DNA of 64,000 nt from Myxococcota bacterium (GTDB lineage: Bacteria > Myxococcota > Kuafuiibacteriia > Kuafuiibacteriales > Kuafuiibacteriaceae): contig DAIQNR010000003.1 in NCBI GenBank assembly GCA_036788295.1, forward strand, positions 74,211-138,210. Reading direction: 5' to 3'. The notes beneath the pieces were generated by a model, which was not told the DNA's origin, did no database searches, and was given only the letters and a program-made list of their open reading frames with translations. A program made the translations under genes and the position numbers. Each line of letters begins with the position of its first letter. The first letter of the stretch is position 1. Below are positions 56,206 through 64,000 of this stretch, piece after piece.

Positions 56206-57561
56206 ATGAAACGACTGCCCCTGCGTTCGCCTCCCCTTGCCTTGACCGGTATCGCTGCAGCTCTGCTCTTTGCCGCGGCCCCGGCTCAGGCCCAAACCGG
56301 CTCCGGCGACGACGGAGGCGAGTGCTCGGGAGGGCTGTGCGGCACCCCCCTTCAATCCGGGGGCGGCGGCTGCGGCTGCGGCGGCGGGTCGATTCTCATC
56401 AACAACACCGACCGCGGCGACACCTACCAGTATGGGGACGACTACGACTCCGACGGGTTCGAAGACGACTTCGACAACTGCCCGTTCGTCTACAACCCGG
56501 AGCAGCTCGACGGAGACGGGGACGGGGTGGGCGACGCCTGTGACCTGTGCCCCGTCGTCGCCGACCCCCTCCAGATCGACACCGACAGCGACGGCCTCGG
56601 GGACGCGTGCGACCCCGACATGGACGGCGATGGCGTCCTGAACGCGGTGGACGTCTGCCCGCTGGTCGCCGACCCGCTGCAGCTCGACACCGACCTCGAC
56701 GGGCTCGGCAACGCCTGCGATCCGGATGACGACGGGGACGGCGTCCTCGACGGGCGAGACAACTGCCCGCTGTTCTACAACCCGGATCAGGTGATCCCGG
56801 CCGACGCCGAGGGGTTGTGCTACCTCGACTCCGACCGGGACGGCATCGACGACAGCGTCGACAACTGCTTCTCCGCGTTCAACCCCGACCAGGCCGACAT
56901 CGACGGGGACGGGATCGGCGACGCCTGCGACGGGGACATGGACGGCGACGGTCTCACGAACCTCCGCGACAACTGCCCACGGGTCGCAAATCCCGACCAA
57001 CTCGACACCGACCGGGATGGGATCGGCGACGCGTGCGACGACCGCCTGTGCTTCGTGGTGTGGCAGGCTGGCGCCGAGGACCTGCGGGACCCGAACCATT
57101 GCCTCGACCCCGAGCTGACCTTCACCGTGCTGTCGGTGCCCCAGGACATCGCCGAGGTGGGACAGAGCCGTCGCCTCCACATCTTCTCGAACCGAGAGAA
57201 CCAGCCGATGCGCTACGTATGGACCGTCGTCGGTCGGCCCGCCGGTTCGAGCGCCGAAGTGCAGCACCCCCGGGGCTCCGTGAACCAGTCCGACTACTTC
57301 GAATACCGCTACCAGCGGGACCGGGTGGCGAGCTTCACCCCGGACGTGCCCGGGGACTACCAGCTGCAGCTGTCGGCGGAGCTCGTGTTCGACGACCCGA
57401 TGTTCCCGGAGGTGACGTCGAGCCGGACCACCTTCAACCTCACCGCCACCGGTGAGCCGCAAAGCGGCTGCGCGGCTGCCGGCGGTCCGGTCCGGCCCCC
57501 GCTCGAGCTGCTGCTCGCCGCCGCGGGCGCCGTCCTGCTCCGGCGCCGCCGCCGGGCCTGA
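56206..57561 (+). CDS. Secreted thrombospondin-type-3 (TSP3) Ca-binding repeat protein with MYXO-CTERM tail
   Basis: Signal peptide [29 protein letters not shown], then ≥8 DxDxDGxxDxCD repeats ([33 protein letters not shown]…, [12 protein letters not shown]…). The C-terminus is [32 protein letters not shown]. Confidence 0.75.
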   Translation: MKRLPLRSPPLALTGIAAALLFAAAPAQAQTGSGDDGGECSGGLCGTPLQSGGGGCGCGGGSILINNTDRGDTYQYGDDYDSDGFEDDFDNCPFVYNPEQLDGDGDGVGDACDLCPVVADPLQIDTDSDGLGDACDPDMDGDGVLNAVDVCPLVADPLQLDTDLDGLGNACDPDDDGDGVLDGRDNCPLFYNPDQVIPADAEGLCYLDSDRDGIDDSVDNCFSAFNPDQADIDGDGIGDACDGDMDGDGLTNLRDNCPRVANPDQLDTDRDGIGDACDDRLCFVVWQAGAEDLRDPNHCLDPELTFTVLSVPQDIAEVGQSRRLHIFSNRENQPMRYVWTVVGRPAGSSAEVQHPRGSVNQSDYFEYRYQRDRVASFTPDVPGDYQLQLSAELVFDDPMFPEVTSSRTTFNLTATGEPQSGCAAAGGPVRPPLELLLAAAGAVLLRRRRRA

Positions 57562-57666
57562 ACCAGGGCGCGGGCTTCGCGCGCCCCGATGAATCGAGGC
57601 TTGGGGCCGGTGAAGACCGGTGACCCGGGCCTTCTTTTCGGGGACCATGGTCCCCGGTCCCAAGCC

Positions 57667-59472
57667 ATGCGAAACCTCATCTTCGCCCTGCTGCTTCTCG
57701 CCGGCTGCACCCCCGAGACCCTTCGAGCCATCGACCAGGTGGAGGTTCGCGCGGTGGACGACAAGCTCGTCATCGAGGGCGAGGTGTGCACCGAGCCTCC
57801 GGAGCCGACCGACTTCCCGGTGAAGATCCTGTTCGTCATCGACGGGTCGGGGAGCATGCAGTTCGTCGATATCCCGTCCCGCCGGGCGCTCGCGGTGGAG
57901 GAGGTGATGCTCCGGCTCCGGGCGAACCCGAGCGTGTCGTTCGCGGTCGTCCGGTTCAACGAGTCGAGCGCGGTGCTCACCCGCCCGGGGACCGACATCA
58001 CCACGAACGAGCCGTTTTCGACCGACGTGTCCGGCGCATTCACCCGGGACCCGGCGGTGCTGGGCCAAGCGGTGCAGGAGCTGCGGGTGGCCGACTCCGT
58101 CACCGACTACCAGGGGGCCCTGTCCACCGCGTTTCTCATCCTCTCCCAAGACATGCTGGGCTCGCCCCGGGAGGAGCTCGCCCGGACGAAGTACGTGGTG
58201 GTGTTCTTGTCCGACGGGGACCCGTTTCCGAGTTGCTGCAGCCGCCGCAGCGAGGAGGTCGGGCTCTGCAACCGGGACACGAATCTGTTCTTCTGCGAGA
58301 ACCCAGACGCAATCCGCCAAAACCCTACCCAGCTCCCTTTTCACGAGGCGGGCGCCGACTACAACCAGCCGTACCAAATCTATGGCGCGGTCCGGGACAT
58401 CATGGCCCTCGAGGAGACGTTCGGGGCGGGCGAGATCCGGCTCCACACCGCGTTTCTGTTCGACCCCAACCTCGTCGAATCGCTCGACCCGGTCACCAAC
58501 TGCTACACGATCGCGGGCGTCAACTTCGTCTGCAGGGACGAGGCGATCGAGCTGCTCGGCAACATCGCCCGGATCGGGCAGGGCATCTTTCGCGACTTCT
58601 CCGCCGCCGAAGAGATCGACTTTCTCGGCTTCGACCTCTCGAGCGTTCGACGGGAGCGGGGGCTTCGAAACCTCTTCGTCGCCCACCGCTCGGCGACGCT
58701 CGACGACCGGTTCGCTCCGGAGCCGGACAGCGACGGCGACGGCCTGCCCGACCGGGTAGAGTTCGAGATCGGCTCGTCACGGACCGACCCCGACACCGAC
58801 GGCGACGGCTTCTCCGACCTGCTCGAGTTCCGCTTCACCCGGGGCGGGCTCGACCCGCTGGTGCCAAACCCTGGCTGCACGGGGGAAGACGACCGCCGTG
58901 ACGTGGACGGGGACGGCCTGCTCGCCTGCGAGGAGCGGTTCCTCGGCACCTCGGATCGGTTCTTCGACAGCGACGCCGACGGCCTGCCCGACGGGCTCGA
59001 GCTGCGGGTCCGGCTCGACCCCGCGGCCCACGACGCGCTGCTCGACGCCGACCTCGACGGGGTCCGAAACCGAGACGAGATCCGGGCCGGCACCGCCGTT
59101 CACCGGGACGAGGGCCAGGCCCGATCCAGCGTCGCCTACCGCAGCCGGACCGAAGACCGCGGCGTCGGCCCAAACGGTGGCCGCTGCTATGGGTTCGAGG
59201 TCAAGAACCTGCGCCTGACCACTCCGCTCGCCCGTCCCGGGGTCACGGGCAGCTTCGGTCGAAACGAGTTCCTCGTGTACGTCTCCGAAGCGTCCGAGGG
59301 CGACCCCGACGACCTCGCCCGGTTCAAGATCGGCTGCGCCTGCGCCCGGTACGTCGCGCCCGACTTCAAGGACCCGCCGCTCGGTCGGGTGGAGCTTTCG
59401 CCCGAAGACTTCGTTCGGCCGGAGGAGTTCGACCCCGCCATCCACTGCCGGGGCTGCGGAGACGCCCAGTGA
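57667..59472 (+). CDS. von Willebrand factor A (vWA) domain lipoprotein with C-terminal TSP3 repeats, paralog 1
   Basis: MRNLIFALLLLAGCTPE has a lipobox. vWA MIDAS context: KILFVIDGSGSM, DYQGAL, VVVFLSDGDP. It is Cys-rich, then carries DSDGDGLPD, DTDGDGFSD, DVDGDGLLACEE, DSDADGLPD repeats. The track ORF start at 57589 precedes the signal peptide. Confidence 0.75.
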   Translation: MRNLIFALLLLAGCTPETLRAIDQVEVRAVDDKLVIEGEVCTEPPEPTDFPVKILFVIDGSGSMQFVDIPSRRALAVEEVMLRLRANPSVSFAVVRFNESSAVLTRPGTDITTNEPFSTDVSGAFTRDPAVLGQAVQELRVADSVTDYQGALSTAFLILSQDMLGSPREELARTKYVVVFLSDGDPFPSCCSRRSEEVGLCNRDTNLFFCENPDAIRQNPTQLPFHEAGADYNQPYQIYGAVRDIMALEETFGAGEIRLHTAFLFDPNLVESLDPVTNCYTIAGVNFVCRDEAIELLGNIARIGQGIFRDFSAAEEIDFLGFDLSSVRRERGLRNLFVAHRSATLDDRFAPEPDSDGDGLPDRVEFEIGSSRTDPDTDGDGFSDLLEFRFTRGGLDPLVPNPGCTGEDDRRDVDGDGLLACEERFLGTSDRFFDSDADGLPDGLELRVRLDPAAHDALLDADLDGVRNRDEIRAGTAVHRDEGQARSSVAYRSRTEDRGVGPNGGRCYGFEVKNLRLTTPLARPGVTGSFGRNEFLVYVSEASEGDPDDLARFKIGCACARYVAPDFKDPPLGRVELSPEDFVRPEEFDPAIHCRGCGDAQ

Positions 59473-61304
59473 ACCAGAACCGGGGCCGGTGGGCGGCGCT
59501 CGTCGCGGGCGCGCTCTCCGCTGGGGGGTGCACCGATTTTGGGCTCTTCGTCGCCGCCACCGACGGGCCGGGGCCGTTCGACGACACGCTCGCCATCGAG
59601 ACCCGGTTTTGCACCGAGGATCCGGCGACGCTCGAGTTCCCGGTCAAGATCCTCTTCGTGGTCGATACTTCGCAGTCGATGAACGTCACCGATCCCACCG
59701 GAGGACGGCTCTCGGCGGTGCAGGAGGTCGTGGACAACTTCCTAGACGACCCGGGGACGAGCTTCGCGATCATCCAGTTCTCGGGGCAGACCAACGTGCT
59801 CACCCAGGGGCCGGACGGGGAGGACGGCTTCACCCGCGACCGGGAGGCGCTCGAGACCGCCATCGTCCGGCTCGGGGTGGCCGAGCAGCCGACGGACTAC
59901 GAGGGGGCGATCGCGAACGTGAACCGGGTCCTGAGCCGGGACATGGCCAACGCGAGCGAGCAGGCGCTGTCGCGCTCCCGGTACATCGTGGTCTTCTTGT
60001 CCGACGGGCTGCCCGACCCGGTTCGGCCGCCGACCAACACCCGCAGCTCCATCCTCCGGAGGGTCCGTGAGATCTCGGACCTGCAGCGGATCTATCGGCC
60101 AAGGGAGATTCGATTTCACACCGCGCTGCTGCTCGGGGCCCTGGGGACCGGATTTCGATGCGCCGACGCCGGTCTCGAGGGGGGCGTGGGGCGGTGCTCG
60201 GCCTTGAACACCGCTCCGCTGTGCGAAGCGGATCGCCGCTGCACGTGGATCTCGGTGGAGCAGGAGGCGACGAGCTTGCTCGAGGGCATGGCCGCGGCTG
60301 GCTCGGGCACGTTTCGGAGCTTCCCGAACGGCGAGTCGATCAACTTCCTTCGCATCGACTTCACGTCGATTCGCCGCATCTTCGCTCTCAAGAGCCTGGT
60401 GGTGAGCAACTTGAACGCCCGTCCTCGGTTCGAGTTTCCGCTCGGCATCGGAGCTGGTTTCGGGCGCGCGGTGGTGGACAGCGACGGCGACGGCCTGTCC
60501 GACGAGCGCGAGCTCGAGCTCGGGACATCGCTGACGTCCACCGACACCGACGACGATGGGTTTTCGGACCTGCTCGAGGTCCGCCTGTCCGCCTCCGGCT
60601 TCGACCCGCTCGACCCGAGCGACGCCGACTGCACGCCGGGGCTCGACCGCCTCGACACCGACGGAGACGGCCTGCTCGACTGCGAGGAGCGGTTCTTCGG
60701 CACGAATCGGAACCGCCCCGACGGCGACGCCGACGGCTTGCCCGACGTCGTCGAGCTGATGGGCGGCTCGAACCCGGTCGCCAACGACCTGCTCGCCGAC
60801 AACGACTTCGACGGGGCCCGAAACGGGGCCGAGGTGAGGGCCCACTCCGACCCGAATCGGCCCGACTCGGCCGAGCGGTCCCAGATCAGCTACCGGTACA
60901 GCATCGTCCGCCGCAGCCCCGAAGACCTCGCCCCGACCGATGCTCGGCAAGCGGTCCTGCGGGCGGGGCGGGAGTGCTACGAGGCCCGCGTCGAGAACGT
61001 GACCCTGGCCCCGACTCTGGATGGGAAGAACCGGATCATGATCTATGTGACGCAGGCCCCGTTCGACGACCCGGAGGACTTCGGTGAGCTTCGGGTGGCC
61101 TGCGTCGAGCCGTCCTTCTTTCCCCCGGACACCAGGCTGCCGCCGCTGTCCACGGTGTTCGTGCCCGAGTCCGCGTACGTGCGCCCGGAGGCGTTTCGGC
61201 GGTCGCTTCACTGCACCACCGGCGAGGTCCCGCCCCCCCGGGACGAGCGCTGCGTGGGGCCGATCGAATCTCTCGACCGGTCCTGCTTCGAGGAGGGCCC
61301 ATGA
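59469..61304 (+). CDS. vWA domain lipoprotein with C-terminal TSP3 repeats, paralog 2
   Basis: The GTG start overlaps the upstream stop (GTGA). The lipobox is LSAGGCTD. vWA motifs: KILFVVDTSQSM, DYEGAI, IVVFLSDGLP. TSP3 repeats: DSDGDGLSD, DTDDDGFSD, DTDGDGLLDCEE, DGDADGLPD. Confidence 0.75.
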   Translation: MNQNRGRWAALVAGALSAGGCTDFGLFVAATDGPGPFDDTLAIETRFCTEDPATLEFPVKILFVVDTSQSMNVTDPTGGRLSAVQEVVDNFLDDPGTSFAIIQFSGQTNVLTQGPDGEDGFTRDREALETAIVRLGVAEQPTDYEGAIANVNRVLSRDMANASEQALSRSRYIVVFLSDGLPDPVRPPTNTRSSILRRVREISDLQRIYRPREIRFHTALLLGALGTGFRCADAGLEGGVGRCSALNTAPLCEADRRCTWISVEQEATSLLEGMAAAGSGTFRSFPNGESINFLRIDFTSIRRIFALKSLVVSNLNARPRFEFPLGIGAGFGRAVVDSDGDGLSDERELELGTSLTSTDTDDDGFSDLLEVRLSASGFDPLDPSDADCTPGLDRLDTDGDGLLDCEERFFGTNRNRPDGDADGLPDVVELMGGSNPVANDLLADNDFDGARNGAEVRAHSDPNRPDSAERSQISYRYSIVRRSPEDLAPTDARQAVLRAGRECYEARVENVTLAPTLDGKNRIMIYVTQAPFDDPEDFGELRVACVEPSFFPPDTRLPPLSTVFVPESAYVRPEAFRRSLHCTTGEVPPPRDERCVGPIESLDRSCFEEGP

Positions 61305-63247
61305 CCAAAGAGCCTACGTTTGTGGCCAGACCCACCGAGAACCGGCGCCGAAGGAGCGCGACCCGCCGTTCGGGTTTTTGGCTGCTCGCCGCCGGGCTCG
61401 TCGCCTGCGGGGAAGATGCCGCCCCGACGCCGGACGCCGGGTCGGTGGACGGAGGAGATGGCCTCGGGGACACGTGCAGCTACGACACCCCGTGCCCGCT
61501 CGTTCCCGGCGAGCGGTTGGTGGGCACGATCGGCGAGGTGGGGGACGAGGACCCCTACGACTTCGTGGTCCCCGCGGCCGGCCGGGTCATCGAGATCGTG
61601 GTCGCAAACGACGCGAACTTCTCTCCGGTGCAGCTCGAAGCGGTGCTGTTCGAGCCGGGCGGGCAGGCGGTGGTGAACAGCCGGGGCCCGGCCCGGGGCC
61701 GGCAGCGGGTTGTGATCCAGACGGTGGCGACGGCGGCCGGCACCTGGCGGCTCGTGGTTCGGGACGTCGGGTCGGACTCCGCCGACCGCCGAAACCCATA
61801 CTTCGTCGACCTCCGCCTGCTCGACGACCCGGACGCAAACGAGCCGAACGACACCCCCGAGACGGCGACCCCGATCGCCCTTGGCGTCCCGGTGAGCGGG
61901 ACCATCGGCTCGCAGGGCGACCTCGACTGGTTCTCGGTGGAGCTTCGGCCCGGCACCTTGCTCGAGGTTCGGGCTTCCGCTGCCGAGGGGCTGGTTCGCC
62001 ACCGCTGGTCGCTTTTTGGCCCCGACGCGACCACCCGGCTCGTGCAGTCGACCGAGCCTCCGGCCGGGGCCCCGTGGCCGGTGGAGGTGCGGGCGCTCCG
62101 GGCCCAGGGCGGCCGCTACTTTGTGCTCGTAGAAGACGATCCGGAGGGCGGTCTGTCCGCCGATCCGGCCCAGCCGTACCGGCTCGAGCTCTTCGAGCGG
62201 CCGGAGCCGGACGGAAACGAGGGCCTCGAGGGCAACGACGTCCCCGAGCGGGCGACGCCGCTCGTCGCCGGCACGCCGATCCAGGGCTTCATCGCATCGG
62301 TGGCGGACGTGGACTGGTACGCGATCGAGGTGCCGGCCGCGTCGCCGGCGTCCCCGCGCTTGCTCACCGTGGACGTCGCCTATCCGGGGGCCTCGCCGGT
62401 GCAGCTGCAGATGACCGTGTTCGAGCCCGACGCGGAGACGCTCGTGTGCCAGCGCCGGGACGGCGACGCGTGCCTCGGGCGGCGCTTCGTCCGGGACGGC
62501 AGCGAGGGGCCGTCCCGCTTGTCCACGTCCCACGTCGTGGACGCGCCGGGGCGCTACCTCGTGTCGGTGCGCGACCTGCAGGACGACGACTTCGACGGCG
62601 AGCTCGCGTACACCGTGACCGTTCGGCTCCCCGACGAGCCGGACCGGCTCGAGACCTACGGGCCCGACAGCCGCTCGGAGGCGACCCTCGTGCTCCCGGT
62701 GACGGCGACCACCGGCGCCACCATCGAGTTCGACTGGGTCGAGGGCCATCTTTCCTACGCCGGGGACACCGATTGGTACCGATTCGACATCCCGGGCCCG
62801 GTGGACGCCTCGGAGGGGCAAAACGGGGACTGGCTGGTGGCGGTGGAGCTGCGCATGCCGAGCCCCACCCCGGTGGAGCTGAACGCGTTCTTCTTTGGGC
62901 CTGAGGGCAGCGACCGGGACCGGTACCGGGGCGTCGGCCAGCGGTGCCGCACCCCGAGACCAGAGGACCCCGACTTCTGCCAGTGGCCGGACGAGGAGAA
63001 CGGTCTCGACATCAACTTCTCGACCACGCTCGGCAGCGAGAGCGGGGAGTGCTTCGTGGTGTTTCGCGAGGTCACCGGCGCCGGCCCCCACTATTGGCGC
63101 ATGAGCGACCTCGACCGCGACGACCACGATCTGGGCCCGACCGGCCGCTACCGGTTGCGCATGATCATCACCGCCGGATGCCCGGAAGACAGCGCATGCA
63201 TGGGCCGATTCCGACAGGGCGGCATGGACCTGTGCGGCCGACCGTGA
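61301..63247 (+). CDS. Lipoprotein with four tandem pre-peptidase C-terminal (PPC)-like domains
   Basis: The ATG overlaps the upstream stop (ATGA). The lipobox is LVACGE. Four ~120-aa repeats each carry a NEPNDTPETATPI…G.I…GDLDWF/Y motif (ANEPNDTPETATPIALGVPVSGTIGSQGDLDWFSVE; GNEGLEGNDVPERATPLVAGTPIQGFIASVADVDWYAIE; …HLSYAGDTDWYRFD). Confidence 0.7.
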   Translation: MTKEPTFVARPTENRRRRSATRRSGFWLLAAGLVACGEDAAPTPDAGSVDGGDGLGDTCSYDTPCPLVPGERLVGTIGEVGDEDPYDFVVPAAGRVIEIVVANDANFSPVQLEAVLFEPGGQAVVNSRGPARGRQRVVIQTVATAAGTWRLVVRDVGSDSADRRNPYFVDLRLLDDPDANEPNDTPETATPIALGVPVSGTIGSQGDLDWFSVELRPGTLLEVRASAAEGLVRHRWSLFGPDATTRLVQSTEPPAGAPWPVEVRALRAQGGRYFVLVEDDPEGGLSADPAQPYRLELFERPEPDGNEGLEGNDVPERATPLVAGTPIQGFIASVADVDWYAIEVPAASPASPRLLTVDVAYPGASPVQLQMTVFEPDAETLVCQRRDGDACLGRRFVRDGSEGPSRLSTSHVVDAPGRYLVSVRDLQDDDFDGELAYTVTVRLPDEPDRLETYGPDSRSEATLVLPVTATTGATIEFDWVEGHLSYAGDTDWYRFDIPGPVDASEGQNGDWLVAVELRMPSPTPVELNAFFFGPEGSDRDRYRGVGQRCRTPRPEDPDFCQWPDEENGLDINFSTTLGSESGECFVVFREVTGAGPHYWRMSDLDRDDHDLGPTGRYRLRMIITAGCPEDSACMGRFRQGGMDLCGRP

Positions 63248-63637
63248 AGGACCTCGCGTTCGTTGGAGGTCCGGGCTAGCGTCGGCCAATGGAGCCGACG
63301 ACGAATCTCGAAAGGCGCCGGGTGACGGTTGGACTTCGAATTCGTCGGTTTCACCTCCCCCGGTCGAGAGCGCTCTGGTGGTGGGGCGGCTCTCTCCGAT
63401 CGGACCGGCGGCGATGCTCAAGGCGCTCGAAGAGATGATGCCGGGCGAATTCGTCCGGATCGACGCCGAGCACGAGCGGATCCAGCGCCTGCTCATCAAC
63501 GCCGTTCACCTGCGGCAGATCCCCTAAGAACGGCTGCTGCCGCTGCTCATCAAGCACTCCGAACCCCTGCTCGATGTGGCGGACATGCTACACATCGACC
63601 TCGACATCTTGGTGACCGCGACCGCGGAGGTGGAACT

Positions 63638-63997
63638 ATGATCGCGCAAACCTCGTGTTTCATCGAGCCTGCGCTGGAGCTTCACGAGCGCGCGACGGTG
63701 AAGGACGCGCTGCCTGCGCTCGAGAGAGGGCGGCCGGCCTGGTTTCGGCTCGGGGCCACGTGGGCGGCGGTGCTGCCGGACGCGGCGGTGGGGCACGCGC
63801 GCTCGAGGCGAATCATCGATCTGCCCCTCAGGGCGGTCGAGGCGGTGTCCGAAGACCGGCTCGACGACGACCCCGACGGAGCGGAGGACGCCGGAGGGTT
63901 CGTGCCCGTCGAGCGGGAGGGGCGTCTCGTAGGCCAGGTCCGGCGAGACCGCCTTCGGTCCTCCCTGGGCGAGACCGCCTTCGGTCCTCCCTGGTGA
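63638..63997 (+). CDS. Hypothetical small protein (possible CBS-like)
   Basis: SD GGAGGTGGAAC precedes the ATG at 63638 (MIAQTSCFIEPALELHERATVKDALPALERGRPAWFRLG…). The ATG overlaps the TGA of a small upstream frame (ATGA). The upstream 100 codons of track ORF 63329-63997 are junk. It ends within a 26-bp tandem duplication. Confidence 0.45.
   Translation: MIAQTSCFIEPALELHERATVKDALPALERGRPAWFRLGATWAAVLPDAAVGHARSRRIIDLPLRAVEAVSEDRLDDDPDGAEDAGGFVPVEREGRLVGQVRRDRLRSSLGETAFGPPW
63943..63994 (+). repeat. Perfect 26-bp tandem duplication at the 3' end of small ORF 63638-63997
   Basis: gcgagaccgccttcggtcctccctgg occurs twice, giving …SSLGETAFGPPW in the protein. It is immediately followed by the stop. 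Confidence 0.8.
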
Positions 63998-64000
63998 GGG

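Noticed and set aside
1-64000. CRISPR arrays, IS elements or transposases, rRNA
   Set aside because: There are no regularly spaced direct repeats with unique spacers, no DDE or serine/tyrosine recombinase signatures, and no rRNA-like sequence. The only tandem repeats are short coding microsatellites and the 17-bp and 26-bp units listed.

Overview
A ~70% GC chromosomal segment, very likely from a myxobacterium. Two secreted proteins end in MYXO-CTERM-type sorting tails (Cys-containing motif, hydrophobic stretch, Arg cluster). Other myxobacterial hallmarks are many Ser/Thr kinases, FHA and AgmX/PglI-type proteins, and giant TPR proteins. I support about 48 protein-coding genes and one tRNA-Leu(CAA). 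I see no transposase, integrase, CRISPR array or rRNA. Most ORFs longer than 60 aa in the six-frame track are Arg/Pro-rich antisense or out-of-frame artefacts typical of high-GC DNA. I kept only frames with protein-like composition, recognisable motifs, sensible signal peptides, SD-like sequences or translational coupling.

Core metabolism present: two acyl-CoA dehydrogenases, enoyl-CoA hydratase, gpsA, an orphan hutU, SDR, pirin, FMN reductase and carotenoid oxygenase.

Most notable features:
1. A six-gene minus-strand operon (47031-55947) whose architecture matches the myxobacterial Glt/Nfs envelope-spanning machinery: small TM protein, FHA/AgmX-PglI-type protein, two paralogous small outer-membrane-type proteins, a secreted TPR protein, and an 1100-aa TPR protein.
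2. Divergently from it, a four-gene translationally coupled lipoprotein operon (56206-63247): TSP3-repeat/MYXO-CTERM protein, two paralogous vWA+TSP3 lipoproteins, and a 4xPPC-domain lipoprotein. It is a candidate surface adhesin/cargo set for that machinery.
3. A bacterial calpain-like cysteine protease with a 1-nt frameshift in an A-run, whose restored frame is translationally coupled (TGATG) to a small unknown ORF.
4. A 1309-aa fusion of an RNase II/R-type RNB exoribonuclease with a C-terminal endonuclease/exonuclease/phosphatase domain, start-overlapping a small TPR-like ORF.
5. A kinase-like pseudokinase immediately followed by an active Ser/Thr kinase.
6. A flavoprotein oxidoreductase fused to a polytopic 4Fe-4S membrane domain.
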